Shown piece after piece: positions 37,140 through 46,198 of a stretch of 54,798 nt of DNA. The stretch is taken from contig DAOOWV010000002.1 of assembly GCA_035371485.1 (NCBI GenBank), positions 1-54,798 on the forward strand, given 5' to 3'. Below the pieces are notes generated by a model. That model was given only the letters and a program-made list of their open reading frames with translations. It had not been told where the DNA came from and did not search any database. Made by a program: the position numbers and the translations under genes. Origin of the DNA: Candidatus Dojkabacteria bacterium. GTDB lineage: Bacteria > Patescibacteriota > Dojkabacteria > JAFGLO01. Numbering within the stretch: position 1 is the stretch's first letter; each line of letters opens with the position of its first letter.

Positions 37140-37616
37140 TTATTTTCTAACATCAACTGTAAACATACCTTCAAACTTTTTTTCAAAAACTGAAGAATCA
37201 GATGGTTCTATTTCAAATTTCACTGAATTTTTACCAATCTGATCAATAACTTCCTTTTCAGAAATACTTATTTTTACAGCTGGAAAAGCACTCAAGTTTA
37301 TTTTCTGTGAGATAACTTCTAAAATATGGTCTGATTTCATTCTTTTTTTCAATTTACTACCTCTAGTTTTTGATTCTGTAACAACGATAGATAAATTGTT
37401 TAGCTTTTTAAACAACAAATCTGCTTGTTTTATCTGATCTTTCTTCAAAGACACTGCTTTTTCTTTCATCCTTTTTGCATCATCCAAGCTTTTTCCAATT
37501 GCCCTTACTGCTAAACCATTTGGAAAGAGATAATTTAACGCATATCCATCCTTAACATTGACAATATCTCCCATTAACCCAATACCTTTAACATTCTTTT
37601 TCAAAATTACATCCAT
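37140..37616 (-). CDS. rplI: 50S ribosomal protein L9
   Basis: [36 protein letters not shown] is the canonical L9 N-domain. The track ORF begins three codons earlier, at 37625. Confidence 0.9.
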   Translation of the reverse strand: MDVILKKNVKGIGLMGDIVNVKDGYALNYLFPNGLAVRAIGKSLDDAKRMKEKAVSLKKDQIKQADLLFKKLNNLSIVVTESKTRGSKLKKRMKSDHILEVISQKINLSAFPAVKISISEKEVIDQIGKNSVKFEIEPSDSSVFEKKFEGMFTVDVRK

Positions 37617-37681
37617 TGTTAGCAAAAATCAAATTATATAATTTCGCTAAGTAAATTATAACATACTTTATAATGACTTTG

Positions 37682-39052
37682 CTAAAGAGATTTTACATAT
37701 TCTATTGCTCTTTCCATCTGTTCATCAATACCCAGTTTAAAATCTTCTTCATCCATAATTACTTCAATATCTGGAATCACCTTATTGTCTTTATCAAGAT
37801 GTCTGTCATTAGGAAGTAACCATTTTTCTATTGTAATATGAATACTTGTACCTTCTTTAAGCTCAATAACATTTTGTACACTACCTTTTCCAAAAGAAGC
37901 TACCCCCATAATTTTACCTTTATTGTGTGCCTGAATTGCGCCTGCAAAAATTTCGGATGCAGATGCACTACCATCGTTAATTAAAACAACAATATCTAAT
38001 CCTTTCAACCTACCTGAACCAGCTCGATCAACCCTTGAGACTTCCAGAATTTTTCCATTTTTTCCTGCAGTTTTATATCTAATATCACCAATGGACAAAA
38101 AATCATCTAAAGCATAAGAAACGCTATTTAGAAAACCTCCAGGATTCCCCCTTAAGTCAATTACTAACTTTTCAATATCACTATCATTTATATCATTTAC
38201 AATCTCATCCCACATTTGATTCCAAATAGCAGGATTTTCTGCACTAAAGGAATTAATATAAATTACCCCTACTTTTTCATCTAACTTTTCAAAATTTATT
38301 GTAGTAATTTTTCCTCTAACAACAGAAACATCAAAGTTTTCTTCTTTTCCCTGTCTTGCAATCGTTAATACAACTGTTGTTCCACTATTACCACGAATTC
38401 GTGAAACCACATCCTCAATTGATAGTCCTTCCACAGAAAATCCATCAACAGCAACAATTTCATCACCTGGTAATAATCCCGACTTTCTTGCTGGAGAAGC
38501 GTAAAAAGGTTGAATAATATAAACTTTACCATCTTTCTGAGTAAGTTGAGCTCCTATTCCCTCAAATGATGAAGCATTTGAATCATTATAGCTTGCTGTT
38601 TGCTCAGGTGTTAAAAATACGGTATACGGATCTCCTAAACTACTAACCATTCCTTGAATTGCGTAATATTTCATATTTTGGCCATCAATTGCCGATGAAT
38701 CAATATATTGATCTTGCAACATATACCAAACTTCCGAAAACAATGAAAAATCGACATTCTCATATTCAATCTCAGGTTCCCACTTTCCTGTCATAATAAA
38801 AAGTTTACTTCTTTCAATCACTTCACAAATTGCGCTTCCTGTCTTGCTGTTTTGGGATATAACATTTCCCTGAGAATCTGTTGAATAAGAAACTGATGAC
38901 CTACCAATTAAAAATGCAAAGATAAAAATAAAAATCCACGAAATCAAGAGAGGAACAACTACTGAGACAATTTTTAAATTCGCGTTTGGAGAAGTTGGTG
39001 GAATTTGTTCATTATCAAAAACAAAATTTTTATTTATATCTTTTTTAACCAT
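37682..39052 (-). CDS. S41 carboxyl-terminal processing protease (Ctp) with PDZ domain
   Basis: DLRGNPGGFLNSV and GSASASEIFAGA S41 motifs, plus an N-terminal TM anchor. Confidence 0.9.
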   Translation of the reverse strand: MVKKDINKNFVFDNEQIPPTSPNANLKIVSVVVPLLISWIFIFIFAFLIGRSSVSYSTDSQGNVISQNSKTGSAICEVIERSKLFIMTGKWEPEIEYENVDFSLFSEVWYMLQDQYIDSSAIDGQNMKYYAIQGMVSSLGDPYTVFLTPEQTASYNDSNASSFEGIGAQLTQKDGKVYIIQPFYASPARKSGLLPGDEIVAVDGFSVEGLSIEDVVSRIRGNSGTTVVLTIARQGKEENFDVSVVRGKITTINFEKLDEKVGVIYINSFSAENPAIWNQMWDEIVNDINDSDIEKLVIDLRGNPGGFLNSVSYALDDFLSIGDIRYKTAGKNGKILEVSRVDRAGSGRLKGLDIVVLINDGSASASEIFAGAIQAHNKGKIMGVASFGKGSVQNVIELKEGTSIHITIEKWLLPNDRHLDKDNKVIPDIEVIMDEEDFKLGIDEQMERAIEYVKSL

Positions 39053-39063
39053 GGGAAAAATAT

Positions 39064-40071
39064 TTAAATTACTTGTACATTCTTATAATCAACAACAAGA
39101 ATAGTACCACTCTTTGTAAATATATGCAATTCATCTCCAATAATTCTCTCCACTACCCCTTCTTTACCTCCATATTCGAAGCCGGGTATAACAACTGTCG
39201 TTCCTTTCTGAATATCATGATATGATTCCACATATTGTTCCTTATCAATAAATAGTTTGTTAGTAAAAATTCTAGAAGTTGAACTATCAATTTGAATATA
39301 TGCATCACCACCTCGATTAAGTGTGCAGAGATTATAGATTTTTGAAGGGATGCTCCTTACCCCCCAACCATTACAAACTAATATTGGAACAGGTAACATT
39401 GGATGTGTTTTCTTAATGGACATATAGTCTGAATATCTAATCCCACCGCAGATTACCCCACAGGCCTTCAATCTTACCAACTGTCTATAAAGTACTGGCA
39501 TTAAATTACGTCTTACCATTACAAATTTATCGGTAACATCTGTCCCCACATTTATAACAACTGAGTTTGGATTTTCACTATCAGGTACTTTAAGCACATG
39601 AGAGCTTAACTTAAGCTCTTTATTACCAAGTATAAAATTTGAAAAAAAAGATGAAGCTGGTGAACTAATTGCATAGGTTTTGTCACCAACATCACTTACC
39701 GTCCCTGATATACTTGAACTTTCGGATACTTTAACATGCCCCTCTGTAATATATAATTTTTCATCATCGAAGTTTACAACACCATTAACCGGAGATAAAT
39801 TTTTTTTGACTTTTATTCCTCCAATATCACTTGATGTTAAAACTTGACCGACAGTAACTACTTCTCCATTTAAAACTTGTATATCTGATTTGGGCATTCC
39901 TTTTACATTAAGGGTAAAAATTGTTTTAGGATACATCCCCATACTTATAACATCACCCTTCTTTATCTCATCACCTACATTAATATATAGACGAATACCG
40001 CTATATTTTCTTTCGAAAACAAAGTCATAATTTTTGTGTAATTGTACACCCCTTATACCATATGTTTTCAT
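39064..40071 (-). CDS. Hypothetical protein (335 aa)
   Basis: Barrel-sandwich/lipoyl-like turns (VGDEIKKGDVI, NGEVVTVGQVL) and a KOW-like C-terminus. No family assigned. It overlaps the upstream ORF by 4 nt. Confidence 0.6.
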   Translation of the reverse strand: MKTYGIRGVQLHKNYDFVFERKYSGIRLYINVGDEIKKGDVISMGMYPKTIFTLNVKGMPKSDIQVLNGEVVTVGQVLTSSDIGGIKVKKNLSPVNGVVNFDDEKLYITEGHVKVSESSSISGTVSDVGDKTYAISSPASSFFSNFILGNKELKLSSHVLKVPDSENPNSVVINVGTDVTDKFVMVRRNLMPVLYRQLVRLKACGVICGGIRYSDYMSIKKTHPMLPVPILVCNGWGVRSIPSKIYNLCTLNRGGDAYIQIDSSTSRIFTNKLFIDKEQYVESYHDIQKGTTVVIPGFEYGGKEGVVERIIGDELHIFTKSGTILVVDYKNVQVI

Positions 40072-41267
40072 TCTAATTGGTTAATCCAATTTATTATTTG
40101 AACATTATTATTTTGGTATGAATCACCATAAATTATTGGAGATAATCTCCCATCAAACAATATTTTTACATCATTTTCTAAATTTAATTTGAAAGTTCTT
40201 GATCTATTATTTTGTAGAAATACCCCTTCCTCTAAAGAGATCTCAACTTCTGTATTTGCAGAAATATTAATTAATCTCATTTCATCACTTAAAATATAAA
40301 ACTGTTCTTTTCCATCAATATTTTTGCTAGTGCCAACCAAAGCAGTTCCACTTCTTTTAAACCTCTCATATCTTAAAGGAATATACATACAGGCAACTCC
40401 ATTTAAAGCCATTTCTACTATTTCACTTACCTTTTTATTCCTAAAAATTCTACTTAAAAACCCAAATGATAATTCATTTTTAAAAAAGTTTATCTCTAGT
40501 GAAATCCCAGCACCAATTCCATCAATAACTGATAAAATAGCATGTTCGAAAGAAATAAGTGAAAATATCTGTCCAGTTATGCATACTTTACATTTCTTGG
40601 TAGTTTGAAAAAAATCTTCTAGCATTTTATCCTGCTTAAAAAACATCATAACAAGCGCTCGCACTACATCTTGTACTTTTTTACTACCATAATTATAAGA
40701 TCTTTCGGTATATAATACTGCAAGAATTTCTTCAAGTTCTACAGCTGTAATCGGCAATGTTAAAAAAGCTGACAACTTTTGAATATCAATAGCTTTTACA
40801 AATTCTTCAACATCATGAAAATCAACATTTTTTTCAAACCTCTTTTTCCCATTTTTTACACAAGTAATATTCCAATTATCATACCCCATACTAACATAAC
40901 ATACTTCCTCAGCTAATTCACTTAACCTACTTACTAGAAAACGATCATTTTCAGTATCAATAAAGTTCCAATCAGTTTTTCTTAAATCACTAAGTTCAAA
41001 TACACTTTTATTCTTTGAAATATATTTTGCAAGTACGTAATCTTCTAGAATTTCTATATCTTTTAAGTCCTGTTTTAGCAGGGTAATGGAATCTGAAATC
41101 ACCGAAGCAAGTGTTTCATCAGACAATAAGTTATAGTTAAAAGGAACTGAAAAGGTCTTTAATCTTAACACTTGATCATGTTCATCACACAAAATGAAAC
41201 TAGTATCCAAAGCGGAATGTTGAACATTTACGAATACATATATAACAGAACACTGAGCAGTTTCCAT
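40068..41267 (-). CDS. Hypothetical protein (399 aa)
   Basis: Long ORF directly downstream of rpsR. No motif recognised. Confidence 0.6.
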   Translation of the reverse strand: METAQCSVIYVFVNVQHSALDTSFILCDEHDQVLRLKTFSVPFNYNLLSDETLASVISDSITLLKQDLKDIEILEDYVLAKYISKNKSVFELSDLRKTDWNFIDTENDRFLVSRLSELAEEVCYVSMGYDNWNITCVKNGKKRFEKNVDFHDVEEFVKAIDIQKLSAFLTLPITAVELEEILAVLYTERSYNYGSKKVQDVVRALVMMFFKQDKMLEDFFQTTKKCKVCITGQIFSLISFEHAILSVIDGIGAGISLEINFFKNELSFGFLSRIFRNKKVSEIVEMALNGVACMYIPLRYERFKRSGTALVGTSKNIDGKEQFYILSDEMRLINISANTEVEISLEEGVFLQNNRSRTFKLNLENDVKILFDGRLSPIIYGDSYQNNNVQIINWINQLE

Positions 41268-41309
41268 GGATACATTATGCCAGATTAATGATTCAATTAC
41301 AAATATCTA

Positions 41310-41654
41310 TTAGTCTTGATTAACAAAAGATACTAAAGACATCTGCCTTGCACGCTTAATAGCTCTTGATAAGGATCTTTGATGCTTTGAACACATTCCT
41401 GATTTATTTCGTCCAACAATTTTACCTCTTATAGACATAAATCTTTTTAGAAGATAAACATCTTTATAGCTTACTCTAGTAACGTTTGAGTCACACAAAG
41501 GACATACAGAACTTACAGGTAAAATCTTCTTTTTGCGTTGTTTTTTCTGTGAAGTGATCGTCTGAACATCTTTAAGCCATGAAAATCTCTTTTCACGATC
41601 TCTATCAGCAACACCATCATTTTTAATAACCTTTTTATTTATTGTCTCTGCCAT
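41310..41654 (-). CDS. rpsR: 30S ribosomal protein S18 (with about 45-aa N-terminal extension)
   Basis: YKDVYLLKRFMSIRGKIVGRNKSGMCSKHQRSLSRAIKRARQMSL is the S18 core. Confidence 0.9.
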   Translation of the reverse strand: MAETINKKVIKNDGVADRDREKRFSWLKDVQTITSQKKQRKKKILPVSSVCPLCDSNVTRVSYKDVYLLKRFMSIRGKIVGRNKSGMCSKHQRSLSRAIKRARQMSLVSFVNQD

Positions 41655-41671
41655 TTATTTTTTAAAACACA

Positions 41672-42166
41672 TTAGAATACTAAATCATCAAGTACATCAT
41701 CCTCATCAGAAGCCTTTGCTGGAGCCTTTTCAGGTTTGGATTCCTTATCCTCAGTCGTACTCTTCTCTGAAGATGGATTACTTTCAACTTTGGGTGCATT
41801 ACCGGAAGCACCAAGTCCAACTTTTCCTTTATCGTTTAAGAGTTGCATTTCAACAGCAACAATTTCAGTTCTATATATTGTTTCACCATTTGCATTTTCG
41901 TAAGATCTTGTTCGTAATTCACCTTCAATATAAACTAACATACCTTTTGCTAATAGGTTGTAACATATTTCTGCTAATTTATTCCAAGCAACAATATTTA
42001 AAAACTCAGCTTCCTCTCTCTGTTCTCCACTTGCTGAATCCTTCCATGACCTATTGGTTGCAACACCAAACACACATACTGGAGTACCCTTTGCTGTGTA
42101 CCTCATCTCTGGATCTCTTGTGAGATTTCCAATGATAAGTACCTTGTTTAACGATCGACTAGCCAT
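41672..42166 (-). CDS. ssb: Single-stranded DNA-binding protein
   Basis: NKVLIIGNLTRDPEMRYTAKGTPVCVFGVATNR OB fold, and an acidic C-terminal tip DDVLDDLVF. Confidence 0.95.
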   Translation of the reverse strand: MASRSLNKVLIIGNLTRDPEMRYTAKGTPVCVFGVATNRSWKDSASGEQREEAEFLNIVAWNKLAEICYNLLAKGMLVYIEGELRTRSYENANGETIYRTEIVAVEMQLLNDKGKVGLGASGNAPKVESNPSSEKSTTEDKESKPEKAPAKASDEDDVLDDLVF

Positions 42167-42198
42167 ACTTATTTGAATAAAACTTATGTAAAACCGAT

Positions 42199-42573
42199 TT
42201 ATTTATTTCTCGAATAACTTCTTTTTTGTGGTTTATCTGTATCATTAGAGGCTTCTTTCTTTCCAAAAGAAACCCCTACCTCATCTTTATTAAGTGTAGA
42301 AATCATAAACCTTACAATTTCACCTCTTCTACCTAATTTATACTTAAGAGCATCAACTTTTGCACTATCAATTTCTATTTGATATACAACATAATATCCT
42401 TCTTTTTGACCTCCAATTTTATGAGCCATATATCTTTTACCCCAAATATCCTTTAGTTTAACAGCTCCTTTTAAATCATCTATTGTTTTTTCAATATATG
42501 AATAGACGTCATTTCTCACATTGTCGGGAAGATATGCCCTCGTAATGAACATTAACTCATAAAGATTTTTCAT
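42199..42573 (-). CDS. rpsF: 30S ribosomal protein S6
   Basis: MKNLYELMFITRAY...WGKRYMAHKI fits S6. It sits first in the rpsF-ssb-rpsR order. Confidence 0.9.
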   Translation of the reverse strand: MKNLYELMFITRAYLPDNVRNDVYSYIEKTIDDLKGAVKLKDIWGKRYMAHKIGGQKEGYYVVYQIEIDSAKVDALKYKLGRRGEIVRFMISTLNKDEVGVSFGKKEASNDTDKPQKRSYSRNK

Positions 42574-42721
42574 TTATAAACAAACGTGTGAACTTAAAAC
42601 TTTGGTATGTTAGCATATGAAACAAAAAAAAGCAACAGAATTTTAACAGCAGTTAACATGTATTGATATATTAATAATTAGGTGCTAATATAATTATTAA
42701 TTAACTTTATATAACCATACT

Positions 42722-43564
42722 ATGGTAAATCCTAAGAAAAGCGTGGGATTAATCTTTTTAGGAGTAGTTGCAGCTGTATTCCTCCTTACCATTATATTCG
42801 ATTCTTTCACTACAATATCAAGTGGAACAGTTGGAGTTGTAAGAAGATTTGGTGAAGTAAAAAGAGTAATTTATCCAGGTATTAACTTCAAACTTCCATT
42901 ACTTGAAGATGTAATTGTTTACAATACTCAAAGAGTAATTTACGAAACCAGTGCATATCCAACAGAATCAAATGCCGATTATACTGATTATCCGGTGGAT
43001 ACAACTACGAAGGATGGACAACCAATTAGTATTAAATACTCCATTCGTTTTAGCATTGATCCAAACAAGGCTGAATGGTTAGCTAATAACCTTGGAAACG
43101 AAGCTGAAATTGTCGAAAAAATAGTAAAAACTGATTCGAGAATTTACGTTAGAGGAATTGCAAGAGAATATGAAGCTGGCGATCTTTACACTGGAAATAT
43201 TGTTGCAGTACAGGATGCAATCAGCGAAGTTTTGGTTGAAAGCTTTGAGAAAAACGGTCTAATTCTTGATGATTTCGGAATTAGAAATATTGACTTTAGC
43301 CCAGACTATGTAGCAGTAATTGAACAAAAGCAAAGAGAAAAAGAAAAGGTCACAACTGAAAAATATATTGCAGAACAGGAACAATATAAAAAGCAAGCTG
43401 CAATTACAAAAGCAGAAGCGGAGGCAGAATCACAGAAATTACTTCAAACCACAATAACTCAACAAATATTAATGAAAATGTGGATTGAAAAATGGAATGG
43501 TCAACTTCCTCAGGTTGTAACCGGAGAAGGACAGGATTATATATTAAATATGGGAGATTTATAG
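42722..43564 (+). CDS. SPFH/band-7 (prohibitin-like) membrane protein
   Basis: N-terminal TM helix, then SGTVGVVRRFGEV...PGINFKLPLLEDV and a coiled-coil C-terminus. Confidence 0.85.
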   Translation: MVNPKKSVGLIFLGVVAAVFLLTIIFDSFTTISSGTVGVVRRFGEVKRVIYPGINFKLPLLEDVIVYNTQRVIYETSAYPTESNADYTDYPVDTTTKDGQPISIKYSIRFSIDPNKAEWLANNLGNEAEIVEKIVKTDSRIYVRGIAREYEAGDLYTGNIVAVQDAISEVLVESFEKNGLILDDFGIRNIDFSPDYVAVIEQKQREKEKVTTEKYIAEQEQYKKQAAITKAEAEAESQKLLQTTITQQILMKMWIEKWNGQLPQVVTGEGQDYILNMGDL

Positions 43565-43566
43565 TT

Positions 43567-43608
43567 AAGTAACAAGTAATAAGTAACAAGTAATAAGGAA
43601 TAAATACT
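43567..43608. repeat. Heptamer array AAGTAAC/AAGTAAT (14-nt unit x2, then decay)
   Basis: aagtaac aagtaat aagtaac aagtaat aaggaat aaatact, followed by ctgcatactgtatactgc. Confidence 0.85.
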
Positions 43609-43652
43609 CTGCATACTGTATACTGCCTACAGCCTTCTAATAAAATAACAAT

Positions 43653-44222
43653 TCATTCACTAAAGGTTTCTGTTGTATAAGTTTTTATATTGATCCTATT
43701 TTTCTTCCAATAATCAGCTACAAGCCCAGCTTTCATACAAAGATGTGAAAAGAAAGAATCCACATCAGCTAACTCCTTCCAGACATCTGGTAAAAAAGTA
43801 GCTCTGTTAAAAACTCCTACTTCCAATATCACCCCTACTCTATTTTCAGTGAAAAATTTAAAAATATCATCGGTACTATGATATTGAAACTCGATTGGAC
43901 TTGTCAAAATTGAAACTGTAATTTTTACTTTTCCAAATTCATCAAGACTAAGTGGAAAAAATCTTGTATCCTCAAACGCCGAATCATATGCATGTTCAAT
44001 TACATCAATATATAATGCTCTATATGCTTCAAGCGTTCCAATACAGCCTCTCAGATCTCCGTTAATTTCTAATGTAACAAAAGTAGCTTTTTTCTCTTTC
44101 AAATAATCATCTAAATCTGATAGCGTTGAACAGTCAAATTTTTTACCTTCATTCAAATATGTTTCTATAGACTTTCGAGCAAGTAAAAGCATTGTCTTTC
44201 TTTGGTGTTTATTATATTCCAC
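43653..44222 (-). CDS. AMMECR1-domain protein (AmmeMemoRadiSam system protein A)
   Basis: GDLRGCIGT motif, and adjacency to the MEMO and radical SAM genes. Confidence 0.85.
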   Translation of the reverse strand: MEYNKHQRKTMLLLARKSIETYLNEGKKFDCSTLSDLDDYLKEKKATFVTLEINGDLRGCIGTLEAYRALYIDVIEHAYDSAFEDTRFFPLSLDEFGKVKITVSILTSPIEFQYHSTDDIFKFFTENRVGVILEVGVFNRATFLPDVWKELADVDSFFSHLCMKAGLVADYWKKNRINIKTYTTETFSE

Positions 44223-44263
44223 AGCCTTAAATTTAAAATGTTAAATGTCGAATTGTCGTTGGT

Positions 44264-44312
44264 GGTTAGTGATTAGTGACTAGTCACTTCTCACCTATCA
44301 CGTATCATTTTC
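44264..44312. repeat. Heptamer array switching strand type at a perfect 14-nt palindrome
   Basis: ggttagt gattagt gactagt cacttct cacctat cacgtat cattttc. AGTGACTAGTCACT (44275-44288) is its own reverse complement. Confidence 0.8.
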
Positions 44313-45117
44313 ATTTAAAAACAATTCCCACATACCCCACTACTCCACCCATTTCCCCAGTTATCATTCCTGAATGTTTGTATTCAACTAGTATAGGTTT
44401 TAACTTATTAGCTTTCGCAATAAGAATAGCAATTTCAATCCCGACAAGACCACAAGCCGCTTCTTCTGTAAAATTTGATTCTAAATTCAAAATTTTATTT
44501 ATAGTGTTTTGATCAATTTTTTGTGCAATCTTAGATGGATAATAATGAGATAAATCAGTACTTATTACTAATAAACCATCGTTTTTAATAGTTTCAATTA
44601 AAGTCGAAACCACCCCTTCTGCATCCTCCAAATCACTTGATAACATAGGGATTATCTTTGATTTAGGGTGTAAAATTGATACAAAAGGTAATTGAACTTC
44701 TATTGAATGCTCATCCACAAATGCTTCATTTTTTATACTGAAACCACTAGATTTTGACAATTCATTTATTTTTCCAACATTGCCACTTGCAACCCCAAGT
44801 GGTGTCCACCAAGACGGACATGTGCACAAACCTATATTTTTAACATATTGAGTGTGAGCTGAACCTAAAATGTAAATATTTTTATAATTGTATCCTTCTG
44901 TTTGTTTATAAACCTTACCAGCAACTTTTCCTGAAAAGAAATATCCCGCATGTGGAACAATAATTATCCTTGGAATAGATTTTGTCAACTTCTTTCCTTC
45001 CCCAACATATTCTAAAATATCTCTTTTTAATTCATTTGCGTCTTGAGGATAGAAAGATCCAGCAAATCTTGCCTCTCGTACATTTTCAAAAAAATCATTC
45101 ATTATTGTATTCTTCAC
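44311..45117 (-). CDS. MEMO1-family protein (AmmeMemoRadiSam system protein B)
   Basis: IIVPHAGYFFSG and STDLSHY motifs. Confidence 0.85.
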   Translation of the reverse strand: MKNTIMNDFFENVREARFAGSFYPQDANELKRDILEYVGEGKKLTKSIPRIIIVPHAGYFFSGKVAGKVYKQTEGYNYKNIYILGSAHTQYVKNIGLCTCPSWWTPLGVASGNVGKINELSKSSGFSIKNEAFVDEHSIEVQLPFVSILHPKSKIIPMLSSDLEDAEGVVSTLIETIKNDGLLVISTDLSHYYPSKIAQKIDQNTINKILNLESNFTEEAACGLVGIEIAILIAKANKLKPILVEYKHSGMITGEMGGVVGYVGIVFK

Positions 45118-45128
45118 TATTGTATTAT

Positions 45129-45680
45129 CTAATAATACACATGTTTTAATCCTACTTCCTTCCCTATTTTTACAGCTTTCTCAACAATTTCATAAGATGT
45201 ACTTTTTTTATCCATCATTTTATATGCAGGATGAAAAGCCGAAACATGCCATGGGATTCCACTATCAACACTCTTTACAAATTTAGCTATAGAGGTTATT
45301 TCATCAATTGAGTCATTTTCACCAGGAACAAGTAAAGTTGTAATCTCAACCCATACACCTAATTTATGAGTATATCTTATACTTTCAAGCACGTTATCAA
45401 GTTTCGCTCCACAAATTTTATTATAAAATCTTTCTGTAAATGCCTTTAGGTCAATATTAACTGCATCCAGATATGGGCTTATCATATCTATAGCCTCTTT
45501 AGAATAATAGCCATTTGAAACATAAACGTTTTTTATTCCTTTTTTGTTTGCTAGTTTAGCAGTATCATAAGTATATTCAAAAAAGATTGTGGGCTCATTG
45601 AATGTATAAGCTATTGATGGAATCTTGTTCATAAGACAATACTTTACAATTTCTGAAGGAGAAAGCTCTGTAGCATACAT
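45129..45680 (-). CDS. AmmeMemoRadiSam radical SAM enzyme, C-terminal part (after an in-frame TAA)
   Basis: SPSEIVKYC...IAYTFNEPTIFFEY continues the family sequence. It is in the same frame as 45687-45983. Confidence 0.7.
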   Translation of the reverse strand: MYATELSPSEIVKYCLMNKIPSIAYTFNEPTIFFEYTYDTAKLANKKGIKNVYVSNGYYSKEAIDMISPYLDAVNIDLKAFTERFYNKICGAKLDNVLESIRYTHKLGVWVEITTLLVPGENDSIDEITSIAKFVKSVDSGIPWHVSAFHPAYKMMDKKSTSYEIVEKAVKIGKEVGLKHVYY

Positions 45681-45686
45681 GTTTTT

Positions 45687-45983
45687 TTAACGCACTTGCG
45701 AAATATCTGCATTCTGACAAAACTCACATTTAAAATTACATCCAATAGTACCAATTGAAAATATTTCAGTACCAGGCATAAAATGTCTAAGAGGTTTCTT
45801 TTCTATCGGATCGATAGCTACAGCAATAGGTTTTCCATATACTTCTAAAAATAGCTTTCCTTTCAAATTTTTGCGCACTCCACAAATTCCATATTTTCCT
45901 TCCCCAATCACACAATAATGCTTACACGCCAAGCACCTAACTTTATCCGTCAATAAAGCCTTATATAAAACGCACTCCTTCAT
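45687..45983 (-). CDS. AmmeMemoRadiSam radical SAM enzyme, N-terminal part (Cys-rich region plus CxxxCxxC)
   Basis: CLACKHYCVIGEGKYGICGVRKN...DPIEKKPLRHFMPG...GCNFKCEFCQNADISQ. It ends at TAA 45689-45687. The ATG of the next piece follows two codons later in the same frame. Confidence 0.7.
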   Translation of the reverse strand: MKECVLYKALLTDKVRCLACKHYCVIGEGKYGICGVRKNLKGKLFLEVYGKPIAVAIDPIEKKPLRHFMPGTEIFSIGTIGCNFKCEFCQNADISQVR

Positions 45984-46020
45984 GTCATTTACTTATATTT
46001 AACACTATATCCTTTAATAG

Positions 46021-46055
46021 TTGTTACTTATTACTTGTTAATTGTTCCTTGTAAC
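46021..46055. repeat. Heptamer array TTRTTAC type
   Basis: ttgttac ttattac ttgttaa ttgttcc ttgtaac. Confidence 0.8.
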
Positions 46056-46096
46056 TAAAGTATACCATATTTATGATTTGTGATAAAATCAAAACC

Positions 46097-46131
46097 AAGT
46101 AATAAGTAAGAAGTGATAGGTAATAAGTAAG
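46097..46131. repeat. Heptamer array AAGTRAK type (reverse complement of the flanking arrays)
   Basis: aagtaat aagtaag aagtgat aggtaat aagtaag. 46096-46109 is the exact reverse complement of 46024-46037. Confidence 0.8.
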
Positions 46132-46160
46132 ATTGTTCTATTTCAATCGACCATCTCTAA

Positions 46161-46195
46161 CTTGTTACTTGTTAAGTATTACTTGTTACTTAATC
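46161..46195. repeat. Heptamer array CTTGTTA type
   Basis: cttgtta cttgtta agtatta cttgtta cttaatc, ending 4 nt before the ychF ATG. Confidence 0.8.
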
Positions 46196-46198
46196 ATT

